Source: Parcubacteria group bacterium Gr01-1014_13 (GTDB taxonomy: Bacteria; Patescibacteriota; Patescibacteriia; Magasanikbacterales; GWA2-37-8). Taken from it: 64,000 nucleotides of DNA. Position numbers and translations under genes: made by a program. Shown here piece by piece: positions 9,472 through 19,399 of the stretch (position 1 is its first letter; every line of letters begins with the position of its first letter). Below the pieces are notes generated by a model. It was not told the DNA's origin, did no database searches, and saw nothing but the letters and a program-made list of their open reading frames with translations. Location: positions 6,569-70,568 of the forward strand of contig VMGB01000004.1 of NCBI GenBank assembly GCA_007376295.1, in the 5' to 3' direction.

Positions 9472-11202
9472 TTATTTTTTATCACCGGGAATACCATAAT
9501 AATCCAGAGTGAATTTGGCAACGTCTTTAAATACCGGGGCCGCGGTTGATTCTGCCCAATTAGCTTGGGGGGCTTCGTACTTTACCAATAAAACAAACTT
9601 AGGGTCGCTGGCAGGAAAATAACCGATAAAAGTATGATTAGTATCGTCAGCCGAATATTCTCCGCGGCTGGCGATTTGTGCTGTACCAGTTTTAGCCGCT
9701 ACATAATAATTAGTCATTTTAGCTGCTTGGCTATGCCCTCGTTCTACAACGGAAATAAGCATAGACGTAACTAGTTTATCAGCATTCGCAGAAATTACAA
9801 CCTCTGATTGTGGCTCGGTTTTTTCTATTTGTCCGTTTGTATGACGCACCTTATCTACAATGTATGGCTTAGGCATTCTACCCCCACCGGCCAAAGCGGC
9901 GTAGGCCGTAACTAATTGCAATGGCGTAGCAGTAAAACCTTGTCCAAATGAACCTACCGCATAATAAATCTCAGCAGACTTGCTCAGCGAAGCTATATCG
10001 CCAGCGGCTTCCGTATCCAAACCAATACCAGTTTTTTTGCCAAAACCAAATTTTTCCACATACTCTCTAAACCGACCCTGGCCAATTTTTTCTTCTACCC
10101 AAATCATGCCGGTATTTATAGAAGACTCCAAAACATTGGTCATAGTTACCAACCCGTATTTTTTTTCCAAAGCATTATGTATTTTATGACCGTTTATAAT
10201 TCTTTCCCCTGTATCTGTATAAGTGGTAAAGGGACTAATCAACCCCAAATCAAGCGCCACAGACATAATTATTGGCTTAAACACCGAACCGGGCTCATAA
10301 GGAGTAAAAATAGTAGTATTGTTATACACACTGACATCTTTAACATCGGAATAATTGTTTGGATCAAAATCTGGCAAACTACACATAGACAAAATTGCGC
10401 CAGTTTTAGGATCCATCAAAATTAACGAAGCGCTTTTCGCCTGATGTTTTTTATATCCTTCCCGCAGATATTCACAGGATTTATACTGTAAATTTCTATC
10501 TATAGTTAAAAGCAGGTCTGCTCCGTCTTCAGCATTTTTTAAAGTGCGATCCGCCAAAGGTATAAGACTGCCTAAAGCGCCTTTCTCGCCCGTCAAAAAA
10601 CCACTTTTACCCGTTAAATTTTTATCCCAAAAACCTTCAATGCCATAACGGCCGGATAAAGCCCCGCTTTCATCTTGGCCAGTAAAACCCAAAATATTGG
10701 CCGCTAAATTTCCTTCGGGGTAATATCTAAATTCTTGTCCCGTTGTATTTATGCCGGGTAGATTGGCGGATAAAATTTGATTTTTAATATCCTCGGAAAC
10801 TTTCTTGGCTATTGGCTCATACGGATCTCCGCTCTTTGAGAGCTTGGCTAACAAATTATTTTTTTCTTCGGGGGTATAATTCAAAACACCTGAAATAAAC
10901 TCAGTGGTGGAATTTATCTGACTAGAAGGTATATCGCGAGGTACTGCGTATAATAAATAATACTGACGATTTACTGCTGCCGGATATTCTTTTGTTTTAT
11001 CCCGTGTATCCTGTAAAAAAACACTCCCCCGGCGCGGATAAAGCTGTTTGTAAATTTCGTGATTATTTATAGCTAGTGCCGAATAATATTTTCGTTCCAC
11101 AACTTGCAAACTAAACAATCTGGCGATTATTATAAGCGCCGACAACAAAATAAAAACAGATACTGTGCGAAGCTGGTTGTTGGTTTCTTTTTTCACCGGC
11201 AT
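9472..11202 (-). CDS. ftsI: Penicillin-binding protein 2/FtsI-type transpeptidase
   Basis: N-terminal membrane anchor. Transpeptidase SxxK (SVFKP), SxN and KTG (AAKTGTAQ) motifs. Confidence 0.85.
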   Translation of the reverse strand: MPVKKETNNQLRTVSVFILLSALIIIARLFSLQVVERKYYSALAINNHEIYKQLYPRRGSVFLQDTRDKTKEYPAAVNRQYYLLYAVPRDIPSSQINSTTEFISGVLNYTPEEKNNLLAKLSKSGDPYEPIAKKVSEDIKNQILSANLPGINTTGQEFRYYPEGNLAANILGFTGQDESGALSGRYGIEGFWDKNLTGKSGFLTGEKGALGSLIPLADRTLKNAEDGADLLLTIDRNLQYKSCEYLREGYKKHQAKSASLILMDPKTGAILSMCSLPDFDPNNYSDVKDVSVYNNTTIFTPYEPGSVFKPIIMSVALDLGLISPFTTYTDTGERIINGHKIHNALEKKYGLVTMTNVLESSINTGMIWVEEKIGQGRFREYVEKFGFGKKTGIGLDTEAAGDIASLSKSAEIYYAVGSFGQGFTATPLQLVTAYAALAGGGRMPKPYIVDKVRHTNGQIEKTEPQSEVVISANADKLVTSMLISVVERGHSQAAKMTNYYVAAKTGTAQIASRGEYSADDTNHTFIGYFPASDPKFVLLVKYEAPQANWAESTAAPVFKDVAKFTLDYYGIPGDKK

Positions 11203-11209
11203 GGGAAGA

Positions 11210-12205
11210 CTACTTTAAATTTTTAAAAAATTTTTCCATCCCTATTTTCGGAGCCACTTTCCCGAAAACAATTTTATAGATCAGATCGGCAAGCGGCGTC
11301 TTTAATTTATATTTTTTAGACAAACTATTTAAAACTCTAGTCGCTGGCACCCCCTCTACCACCTGACCAACTTTGGCGACAGCTTTTTCTAGACTTAATC
11401 CTTGAGCCAAAAATTCTCCTAATCTTCTGTTTCTACTAGCGGTGGCTAGACCGGTACCAAGTAAGTCGCCCAAACCGGCTAAACCATAAATTGTTTCTAA
11501 TCTTCCGCCCATTCTTTCGACCAACAATCCCATCTCTTGAAGCGCTGTCACAAATAAAACCGCTTTGGTATTTGTCGGTATTTTTAATCCGTCACAAATG
11601 CCCATAGCTATAGCATAGACATTTTTAAATGATCCAGCTACTTCTACACCAATAATATCACCGCTAGGCATTAGTTTTAAATTCTTATTCTCCATTACTT
11701 TTTTTACCATTTGTATGGCGCCCTCATCTAGCGACGCCACATTCATGACCGTAAAATTACCCTGTACCATCTGTCCGGCAATGGCTGGTCCAGAAATTGT
11801 GGCAATTTTATTTTTTGGCAAAATATCTTTTAAAACATCGGTAATTAAACAAACTGATTTTTCATCCAGTCCTTTGGAAGCATCGACACAAATTTCCCGA
11901 CCAGAAAGATACGGAGCCACCTGTTGCATAACGGATTTTATAAAGGCGCTAGGCACAGTCATAAAAATTAGATCCGCTTTTGCTATGGCCTTGATTATAT
12001 CCGGTTCCGGATTTATATTTTTGGATAATTTTACACCCGGAAGATAATTTATATTCTCCATTTTTTCTTTTATTTGTCGGAGCGGCTCCAAATCACCGCT
12101 ATGATTCCAGAGATTTACTTTATACCCATTTGCAGCCACAATTTGAGCTATGGCTGTACCCATATTCCCGGCGCCCAAAACAGCTATTTGTTCTTTTTTT
12201 GACAT
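11210..12205 (-). CDS. gpsA: NAD(P)H-dependent glycerol-3-phosphate dehydrogenase
   Basis: IAVLGAGNMGTAIA Rossmann motif. GpsA-like C-terminal domain. Confidence 0.85.
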   Translation of the reverse strand: MSKKEQIAVLGAGNMGTAIAQIVAANGYKVNLWNHSGDLEPLRQIKEKMENINYLPGVKLSKNINPEPDIIKAIAKADLIFMTVPSAFIKSVMQQVAPYLSGREICVDASKGLDEKSVCLITDVLKDILPKNKIATISGPAIAGQMVQGNFTVMNVASLDEGAIQMVKKVMENKNLKLMPSGDIIGVEVAGSFKNVYAIAMGICDGLKIPTNTKAVLFVTALQEMGLLVERMGGRLETIYGLAGLGDLLGTGLATASRNRRLGEFLAQGLSLEKAVAKVGQVVEGVPATRVLNSLSKKYKLKTPLADLIYKIVFGKVAPKIGMEKFFKNLK

Positions 12206-12261
12206 AAACTAAATAAGGCTATAATTGGTTAATTATACTATTGACCAGCTAATTTTTCAAA

Positions 12262-12292
12262 TTAAAAACAGGCCCGAATTGAGCCTGTTTTA
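12262..12292 (-). terminator. Terminator after ndk
   Basis: CAGGC-CCGAATTGA-GCCTG hairpin with T-run on the minus strand. Confidence 0.5.
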
Positions 12293-12299
12293 ATATATT

Positions 12300-12902
12300 T
12301 TATTCTAAAATTCCATCTAAATTAACGTCGTAAAGTATTTCTTCGTTCAACTGGCGGTACTTCACTAGCTCTTCCGGTTTAAACCAGATCTGCATTTCAC
12401 GCTGAGCTTCTTCAGGTTTATCGGAACAGTGAATCAAATTTCGTACAGCGCGTTCATCTAAGCTAGAAAGATTGTAAGAATCTAAGGTATAGTCACCGCG
12501 AATTGTGCCAACATCTGAAGTTAGTGGCTCTGTGCCGCCAACCAGCTTTTGCACAATCCCCACGGCTTGATTTCCAGACAATACCATGGCTACTACAGGG
12601 CCGGAAGTCATAAATTTAACTAGGGCGCGTACAATGTCTTTGCCGTATTCCATAGCCGGCTTATCTACCGGTAATCCAACAGCCTGACGGTCGGATATAG
12701 TGCGTTCACCTTTTTTATTAAACCATTCATCGTTTTTGTTATAATGTGTCCAGCATTGATCTTCGGTTGGAACCACCATTTTTAAGGCGACAATTTTTAA
12801 ACCAACACGCTCAACACGTTTCAAAATTTCACCAACTAAACCGCGCTGCACGCCGTCTGGTTTGATCATCACAAAAGTTGTTTCTTTGGAAGGATGTGAC
12901 AT
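12300..12902 (-). CDS. ndk: Nucleoside diphosphate kinase (long form with insertion)
   Basis: TFVMIKPDGVQRGLVGEI and NLIHCSD (active-site His) motifs. Confidence 0.8.
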   Translation of the reverse strand: MSHPSKETTFVMIKPDGVQRGLVGEILKRVERVGLKIVALKMVVPTEDQCWTHYNKNDEWFNKKGERTISDRQAVGLPVDKPAMEYGKDIVRALVKFMTSGPVVAMVLSGNQAVGIVQKLVGGTEPLTSDVGTIRGDYTLDSYNLSSLDERAVRNLIHCSDKPEEAQREMQIWFKPEELVKYRQLNEEILYDVNLDGILE

Positions 12903-13016
12903 ACGGTTAAATAGTTAATTAATTGGGTTCATAATAGCGTAAAACGCCCTAAAAGTCAACAGATAACACAAAAAATGAAATCTTGGCTTTTTTACTTCCA
13001 AAACCAACTTACGAAA

Positions 13017-13421
13017 CTAGCCTCTCTTTGGTAAATATTTTTCTAGACTAGCACGCTTGGCTTCTTCAGCTTTAATTTCTGGAATTCTTTTCAGAGCATA
13101 ACGAGCTAGACGATAAATCCAAATAACTGTGGCTACCACCCACAAAAACATCCAGAAGCGCCAGGCCAAAAAAGCGACTCTTTCCTGACGAAAAAACATC
13201 CAGACCAAACCTAAAAATCCCATAGTAATTCCCAAACTACCAGATCTTTTCAACAGTAATCTTTTAAATTTATCTTCTTGATATTGAGATAAAATTTTAT
13301 CAACCAGACCCAGCACGATAAATAACAAAAAACCCCCGACTAATATCCACAGTGTAGTTCCGCGAGCGGTAAAGGGCTCGGAAAACCAATAATCCAAACG
13401 CAATAAATTCTGTATAGACAT
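13017..13421 (-). CDS. Hypothetical membrane protein (134 aa)
   Basis: Three predicted TM helices, no recognisable motif. Confidence 0.45.
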   Translation of the reverse strand: MSIQNLLRLDYWFSEPFTARGTTLWILVGGFLLFIVLGLVDKILSQYQEDKFKRLLLKRSGSLGITMGFLGLVWMFFRQERVAFLAWRFWMFLWVVATVIWIYRLARYALKRIPEIKAEEAKRASLEKYLPKRG

Positions 13422-13426
13422 AACAG

Positions 13427-13975
13427 TTAAACCTTTTCAAAAATTAATGAATAATGGTATTCTCCCGGTAAAATTTTATCAACTAGTTTCAAATTCTCAC
13501 TTGTGGCCAATCTGGCCAATTCTTCCGGGCTCAACATTTTTTCTTCCGACGGCCCTAACATTCCCAACCTCTTCGCCCAATCCACCGCAACTAGATAACC
13601 GCCCGGCTTAAGCATACGCGTTGCTTCTTTGATGGCGCCGGCCTTGTTCTTCAGTTGAAATAGTACATTAACATAAAAACATACGTCAAGAGAGTTATCA
13701 GGAATTGGTGTTTTGCCAGGAAATTCAATATCAGACCAGACTGTCTGCACATTATCATAACCCTCAGTGCGGGCCATGCTGCGGATGCTGTCCAAAATAT
13801 TTTTTACTACATCCACGGCATATACAACCCCTTTTTCGCCCACTACTTTAACAGCTGGAAAAACAAAATGCCCGGTGCGGCCGCAACCTAAATCCGCCAC
13901 TCTTTTTCCTTCGGATAAAGATATTCTTTCAAAAATTTTATAGGGATCAATTAAGGCGGTGCCGGAGTGAGACAT
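13427..13975 (-). CDS. Class I SAM-dependent methyltransferase
   Basis: VADLGCGRTGHF (motif I GxGxG), DVCFYVNVLF. Substrate unknown. Confidence 0.7.
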   Translation of the reverse strand: MSHSGTALIDPYKIFERISLSEGKRVADLGCGRTGHFVFPAVKVVGEKGVVYAVDVVKNILDSIRSMARTEGYDNVQTVWSDIEFPGKTPIPDNSLDVCFYVNVLFQLKNKAGAIKEATRMLKPGGYLVAVDWAKRLGMLGPSEEKMLSPEELARLATSENLKLVDKILPGEYHYSLIFEKV

Positions 13976-13999
13976 ACACTAAAAATTTTAATTTTATAG

Positions 14000-14242
14000 C
14001 TATCGAACAAATAACCTACCAACTGTTCCGGTTAAAAACCCACTTATCATATTGGTAATTGCCAAGAATCCAAAAAATATAAAGGCGATGCCAATTAGTT
14101 TGTACATTAAACGAGTGCCGCCATTATACCCCAGATGTTCCTCAGCCCAGGCATTTGTGCCAAAATTTTGTATAAACCATTCTGTTTTTATCACCAAAAC
14201 TATTCCCGCTGCTACCATAAGAATACCAATAAAATACCGCAT
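14000..14242 (-). CDS. Small membrane protein (80 aa)
   Basis: Two hydrophobic helices. Confidence 0.4.
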   Translation of the reverse strand: MRYFIGILMVAAGIVLVIKTEWFIQNFGTNAWAEEHLGYNGGTRLMYKLIGIAFIFFGFLAITNMISGFLTGTVGRLFVR

Positions 14243-14288
14243 AAAAAATAGATAAATTACCTTTAAATCTTACCATTTTTTATAAAAA

Positions 14289-14317
14289 TTGACTAGGCTA
14301 AGCTAATTTGATATATT
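14289..14317 (+). promoter_or_regulatory. Sigma70-type promoter TTGACT-17-TATATT
   Basis: TTGACTaggctaagctaatttgaTATATT upstream of the 14356 gene. Confidence 0.45.
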
Positions 14318-14355
14318 TTTTAATGAAGCTACTTCACAAACAAGGAGTTATCAAG

Positions 14356-14706
14356 ATGGCCGATAACAAAAAGCCGGAGCAAAAAGCGGCGGAAAAGCCG
14401 CTGGAAAATCCTTCTGTTAATGTCAATGTTACGCCACAAAATGAAAAGAATAAGGCGCATGTAGACGCTGCCAGAACCCTGAAGAAAAAACTGGAAGAAA
14501 ACATAAAAAAGGCAGTAGAGAAAAACAGCCAAGGCGGCCAGGAAAAACAGTTTGCAGCTGCCAAAGAAGAAACAAAGAAGGTCGGCAGAGACGCAAATCC
14601 TCAGGAAATTAAAGAGGTCAAAGTAAATGTTGCTGGCGCTGATAAAGACGGCGACACGGAAAGACGAGCTTGGACTGTCCCTACTACAAAAGCTAGTCCT
14701 CCATAA
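14356..14706 (+). CDS. Lys/Glu-rich small protein, paralog A (116 aa)
   Basis: AAGGAG SD. Internal segment KKAVEKNSQGGQEKQF...VKVNVAGADKDGD aligns with the next gene. Confidence 0.6.
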   Translation: MADNKKPEQKAAEKPLENPSVNVNVTPQNEKNKAHVDAARTLKKKLEENIKKAVEKNSQGGQEKQFAAAKEETKKVGRDANPQEIKEVKVNVAGADKDGDTERRAWTVPTTKASPP

Positions 14707-14742
14707 CCATTTCTACCAATCACAAATCGGGAGGATGGATAA

Positions 14743-15078
14743 ATGAGCGATCAAGAGAATGAGGCAGAAAAACCTCTGCAGGATACTGAAGTTGAAGTAT
14801 TTGTCATGCCCAAAGATCCAGATAATCCAGACCACGATGAAGCCGCAGACAAATTGGACGAAAAAGTAACAGAAAGAGTAAAGGAAGCTATTGAAAAAAA
14901 TGCGCCAGGCGGAAAAAGCAAACAGTTAAAGGCAGTAGAAGAGGAAGCCAAAAAAGCTGCCAGAGACACCGATCCTGACAAAATTGGAGAAGTTGAAGTT
15001 ACTGTACACGGTAAGGATGGCGATGGCGACAGTATTAGTCACACCGTAACTTGTCCCACCGAAAAACCTACAGAGTAG
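14743..15078 (+). CDS. Lys/Glu-rich small protein, paralog B (111 aa)
   Basis: GGGAGG SD. KEAIEKNAPGGKSKQL...VEVTVHGKDGDGD parallels paralog A. Confidence 0.6.
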   Translation: MSDQENEAEKPLQDTEVEVFVMPKDPDNPDHDEAADKLDEKVTERVKEAIEKNAPGGKSKQLKAVEEEAKKAARDTDPDKIGEVEVTVHGKDGDGDSISHTVTCPTEKPTE

Positions 15079-15113
15079 TTCTTTATTTAAAAATCACGAT
15101 TAATTCGAACACC

Positions 15114-15142
15114 GAAGCCCTCCATCTGGAGGGTTTTATTTT
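15114..15142 (+). terminator. Rho-independent terminator
   Basis: CCCTCC-ATCT-GGAGGG followed by TTTTATTTTT. The T-run abuts the tRNA 3' end. Confidence 0.7.
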
Positions 15143-15226
15143 TGGTGCCCGGGAGAGGATTCGAACCTCCACACCTTACGGCATATGCACCTCAAGCATA
15201 CGTGTATACCATTTCACCACCCGGGC
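15143..15226 (-). tRNA. tRNA-Leu (anticodon GAG), class II with long variable arm, CCA encoded
   Basis: Reverse complement GCCCGGGTGGTGAAATGGTATACACGTATGCTTGAGGTGCATA...GGAGGTTCGAATCCTCTCCCGGGCACCA. T-arm GGTTCGAATCC, anticodon loop TTGAGGT. Confidence 0.85.
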
Positions 15227-15227
15227 T

Positions 15228-15992
15228 TTAAAACTTCCGGTCTCTGCCGACAATCATTTCCACCTTACTGTGAGCTAATTTAATTTTCACTTTTATTTCC
15301 TTTGACATTTTTCCGTCTGCTTCTACAGCAAAAGGCTCCTTGCCGGTAATAATCATTTCTTCAAAAGGAAATATGCTTGGCTCTTCGTATTTATATCCCC
15401 ACCAACCACTTTTTGTCAATGGGCGGATAAAGGCTTCTAATTTTCCATCTTGAGGATGCACAACCCGTTGTTCTTTATCTTTTTTGTCTCTTTTCCAAAA
15501 AAATGGTTGAAGATTACAAACAATAACCTCTATTTTTTCAGAAGCAGTTACCTTAAACCTTTCATCATAAACAACTTCCAGCTTGGAAGGCATAACCCGT
15601 AATTGAGAAACAAAATAACGATTGTTCATCCAACCTACATCTAAAAATTCTTTGCGTCGGCGCGATAAAACCGTACATGCCTCTACTCCCACGGGAATAC
15701 CCAAAACCTGAGCGATGGTATTGTTTGGTCCAACGGGCAAAAAACCAAAAGTACAGTTGCAATTAGCACTGCGAGAAAGTATCTGACCAAAAGTAGCGTC
15801 GTTGCCAACGATAACGATCGTCTTGGCACCGCGTTTAATTTCGTCGTCGATAACAGCTTTAGAGTCAGTATAATTTTGCAAACGCAAAATTTTTCCCGCT
15901 ATACCATAGTCGGTGAGAATGACTTCCATTGAATGGATGAGAGAAAGGAAGTTTTTTTGACGTAAAAAATTGTCGTAGATATAAACATACAT
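15228..15992 (-). CDS. Diacylglycerol kinase catalytic-domain family lipid kinase
   Basis: TIVIVGNDATFGQIL corresponds to the DAGK_cat GGDGT region. Size and layout like YegS/DgkA-type kinases. N-terminus atypical. Confidence 0.55.
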   Translation of the reverse strand: MYVYIYDNFLRQKNFLSLIHSMEVILTDYGIAGKILRLQNYTDSKAVIDDEIKRGAKTIVIVGNDATFGQILSRSANCNCTFGFLPVGPNNTIAQVLGIPVGVEACTVLSRRRKEFLDVGWMNNRYFVSQLRVMPSKLEVVYDERFKVTASEKIEVIVCNLQPFFWKRDKKDKEQRVVHPQDGKLEAFIRPLTKSGWWGYKYEEPSIFPFEEMIITGKEPFAVEADGKMSKEIKVKIKLAHSKVEMIVGRDRKF

Positions 15993-16019
15993 ATTTTAAA
16001 AAACCTAATCTCCCCTAAC

Positions 16020-16496
16020 TTACGAAACAAACTGCACGCTAGCATCTTCGGTTTTTTTGAAAAGTTTTGTCTTGATAGATTTTTCTCCAGACTCTATTCC
16101 CGGCATAGTGACTTTACCGTAAAGCAGGGCACCTGATTCAATTTTTAGATTTTTAACATCTATATCACCTACTACTCTGGAAGTAGAAACTAATTCCAAA
16201 GATTCTTTTATCTTCATGTTTCCTTTTACTTCGCCGGCGATGGTAGCGCTACCAGCTCGCACATTCGCCATAATCTTCGCGCCCATTTCTACAGTTAGGT
16301 GTTTGCTAGTAAATACACTGCCCGAGACCGTACCTTTAACAACGATATTTCCTTCAGAAGCAAAATCTCCTTCTACATTTACCGAAGGACCGACAACGGT
16401 TTCTACTTCGTCCTGAACATGCTGATGTGTTCGCTCGCTAACTTCCGGTTCGATATTTTCTTCAACATTTTTTGGAGTATTCCTTTGAAAAATCAT
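16020..16496 (-). CDS. Bactofilin family cytoskeletal protein
   Basis: Repetitive beta-helical segment VEGDFASEGNIVVKGTVSGSV...GEVKGNMKIKESLELVSTSRVVGDIDVKNLKIESGALLYGKV. Confidence 0.65.
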   Translation of the reverse strand: MIFQRNTPKNVEENIEPEVSERTHQHVQDEVETVVGPSVNVEGDFASEGNIVVKGTVSGSVFTSKHLTVEMGAKIMANVRAGSATIAGEVKGNMKIKESLELVSTSRVVGDIDVKNLKIESGALLYGKVTMPGIESGEKSIKTKLFKKTEDASVQFVS

Positions 16497-16543
16497 ATAA
16501 AAATATTTAACTTAATGATAATAATATTATATACCAAAACTGA

Positions 16544-18184
16544 TTATGACGCCAGTGTCGCCATATGCTTGAGCGGTATCCAAAAACCAAACTCACTACC
16601 CTTCCCCAAACCCGAACTATGAGCCCAAACCCGGCCATTATGGGCCTCAATAAACTTGCGGCAAACATACAACCCCAGTCCGGTGCCGGTAACAGCCGAG
16701 GCCTTTACGTTATCGCCACGATAAAATTTTTGAAAAAAATTAACTTCGTCTGCCTTTTCAAATCCAATACCATCGTCAATAACCCGCACGGCCACTCCCT
16801 TGCCTTCATCCGCAAACATTACTTTTATGATTCCTTTGTCGCTATATTTTATAGCATTATCTATAAAATTAAATATAACATGATGAATTTTTTCTTGATC
16901 ACAATCAACTTTTTTTATTTTCTTCGGACACTCCCATTTAATTTCTATTTTTTTCTGTTTGGCTTTTACTTTTAGATCGTTCATGATATTGTCTACCAAG
17001 CTACAAATATCTACTACCGCAAATTCATACTTAGTTCGTCCTTGTTCAATACGAGAAATATCCAAAAATTGATCCACCAACTTTACCAAGTGTTCATTGT
17101 TAATATCCATATCGCCCAGCACCTTTACCATACTTGCTTCCACCTTGCCATAAGCGCCGTCCTTGATTAATTCTATGTAGCCTTTCAAAATAGAAAGTGG
17201 CGTACGCAATTGATGCGAAGCAATATATAAAAATTCGGTTTTTTGTTTGTCCAGCTCTTGCAGACGAATATTAGCTGTTTCCAAGGAAGCGGCCAAATCG
17301 GACAACTCGTCTTTTTGCTTGATTTCTTTATGCACACTTTTTACAAGCGAAACACCAAGCAAACCAACTAAAATAGCAAAAAAGAACTTAAAAAGTATAC
17401 CACTAACATTGCCGGACAAAAGACCTTCGGAAAACAAAATTATTGTAAGCACCCCCACCAGACCTTCTGTGGCAATTAAGCGTAGATTAAATAACCCATA
17501 CTTAAAAATCGCATAGGCAATGAAAATCATTAATATTACCGATGATAAAGGACCGAGAAAAACAGTAGCGGATGTTTTAAGAATAACGACAAAAATTACG
17601 GTGGATATCGCCATAAAAGAAAATGTGGCCACAACCCCCAAAAGAAAATATGAATTTTGCACTTTTTCTTTGCCGGAAGATTTTTTATATTTAAAAATCA
17701 AAACTATAAAGCTAAGCAAAAACAAACCTACAAAATCCAAGAAAAAAATAGGAATGCCTGGCCCGGGTATAGGCAACGGCTCCCCGGTGGAATAATCAAT
17801 AGCTTTAAATACTAAATTACTTAAAGAAGCGGCGGCCGAAACGGTCATCAAAATTAGCGCCGGGAATAAATAGCGCTTTTTCATTTTAAATTTATCCCCC
17901 GGAAATGTATTTACCAAAAATAAAAGTGTCGGGCCAATAAAAGAACAGACGAACATTACCACTCTAATCCAAAATAATTGATTTTCCGGGGTTGGTTGAG
18001 GCGGGTGTAAAGATAAATAATTAACTATTATATAAGCATCTATCAGTAAACTTAAAATAAAAAATAGTCTGGAAGTCCAGCTATTTTTATTTTTGATAAA
18101 AACAACAATACCAAGATATGCTGTAATCAAAAAAGTGAATATTCCCAGTAGCGCCTCCATGTGTTCGATCCTAAAATAGTCCAT
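16544..18184 (-). CDS. Sensor histidine kinase with polytopic membrane N-terminal domain
   Basis: About 10 TM helices. HisKA ASHQLRTPLSIL with phospho-His. HATPase_c DDGIGF...GTGLGL. Confidence 0.85.
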   Translation of the reverse strand: MDYFRIEHMEALLGIFTFLITAYLGIVVFIKNKNSWTSRLFFILSLLIDAYIIVNYLSLHPPQPTPENQLFWIRVVMFVCSFIGPTLLFLVNTFPGDKFKMKKRYLFPALILMTVSAAASLSNLVFKAIDYSTGEPLPIPGPGIPIFFLDFVGLFLLSFIVLIFKYKKSSGKEKVQNSYFLLGVVATFSFMAISTVIFVVILKTSATVFLGPLSSVILMIFIAYAIFKYGLFNLRLIATEGLVGVLTIILFSEGLLSGNVSGILFKFFFAILVGLLGVSLVKSVHKEIKQKDELSDLAASLETANIRLQELDKQKTEFLYIASHQLRTPLSILKGYIELIKDGAYGKVEASMVKVLGDMDINNEHLVKLVDQFLDISRIEQGRTKYEFAVVDICSLVDNIMNDLKVKAKQKKIEIKWECPKKIKKVDCDQEKIHHVIFNFIDNAIKYSDKGIIKVMFADEGKGVAVRVIDDGIGFEKADEVNFFQKFYRGDNVKASAVTGTGLGLYVCRKFIEAHNGRVWAHSSGLGKGSEFGFWIPLKHMATLAS

Positions 18185-18286
18185 GGTTTTTATTAAAAAT
18201 AATATCCTTTATTATACCTTATTTTACAGGCAAAGACTACTGTCTATTGTTCTTATTGAAGCCATATAATATAATGATGCTAACTT

Positions 18287-19399
18287 ATGAAAATACAAAA
18301 AAACTGTGAACTTTGGGAATATAGATCAAATTGGGGCAACCTCGGCCAATTGAACCTGGGTGATAAATTAAATTACCTCTGCCTTTTGGCGCATCTGGCT
18401 CCCAGTAGCCACAACACTCAACCATGGAGATTTTTTATAGACGAAGCTAATAAAATTATTAGCGTATATTTAGACAGAGAATTTGTTTTATCCGCATCGG
18501 ACATAGACGGCAGGCAAGCCGTGGTAAGCATTGGCTGCGCAGTAGAAAATTTAATCTGTGGCGCTAAGTATTTGGGAATGGAACCGACTATTAAACTTTT
18601 AACTTCCGACAAAAAAAAGGTGAAGCCGTTTGTAGAAAACGAACCAAAAATTACCCCTCTTTTAGAAATAAAATTCACCGAAGTTAAGCCGTATTTAAAA
18701 TTAGAAAAAATTGTTAAGGCTATTTTTAATCGAAAAGTAATAAGAGCTGAATATGACCCGCAAAAACCAGTCCCTGACGAAGTTATTGATCTGCTTAAAA
18801 AAACTACCGATGAAAAAATGACAAAACTGCATTTAATCACCGATAGCTTGCGCCGATTGGGCATTGCCGAACTTCAATCACAAGCCGATGCCTTTGTAAT
18901 CAACTCGCCAAAATTCAGCAAAGAGCTGGGACAATGGTTTTTGCCAAACGATACCGCCAATTTTGTGGGCATGCCTGGAATCAGCTTTGGCTTGCCAGAC
19001 GATCAAGCACTACGCATGCACAATGGTTTGTTAGAAAAAACCGCCTTACAGCCGGAAGACGGGCTTAAATTCGCCCTGGCCGGCAAAATAGGATTAGAGA
19101 AATCCCCCCTCATCGGTATTATTACGACTAAAAATGATGATATAAAAAATTGGCTACTAGCAGGCAGAAGCTTTGAAAAAATATTTTTAACCCTAACGGA
19201 TAATGATATACAAGTTGCCGTGCACGCCGGCATTATTGAAGTGCCGTTGATAAAAAGAATATTTAGCGCCACCTTGGGTACGACCAGACATATTACCGTG
19301 CTATTTAGAGCCGGCTATGTAAAAAAAGAAGAAGATAAAAATCGCCCACACTCTCCGCGCTTGCCATTAGCAGCCGTAATCCTTAGCGATAAATCTTAA
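18287..19399 (+). CDS. Nitroreductase-fold protein with two tandem nitroreductase-like halves
   Basis: SSHNTQPWRF signature near N-terminus. Second half repeats the fold. Length 370 aa. Confidence 0.6.
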   Translation: MKIQKNCELWEYRSNWGNLGQLNLGDKLNYLCLLAHLAPSSHNTQPWRFFIDEANKIISVYLDREFVLSASDIDGRQAVVSIGCAVENLICGAKYLGMEPTIKLLTSDKKKVKPFVENEPKITPLLEIKFTEVKPYLKLEKIVKAIFNRKVIRAEYDPQKPVPDEVIDLLKKTTDEKMTKLHLITDSLRRLGIAELQSQADAFVINSPKFSKELGQWFLPNDTANFVGMPGISFGLPDDQALRMHNGLLEKTALQPEDGLKFALAGKIGLEKSPLIGIITTKNDDIKNWLLAGRSFEKIFLTLTDNDIQVAVHAGIIEVPLIKRIFSATLGTTRHITVLFRAGYVKKEEDKNRPHSPRLPLAAVILSDKS

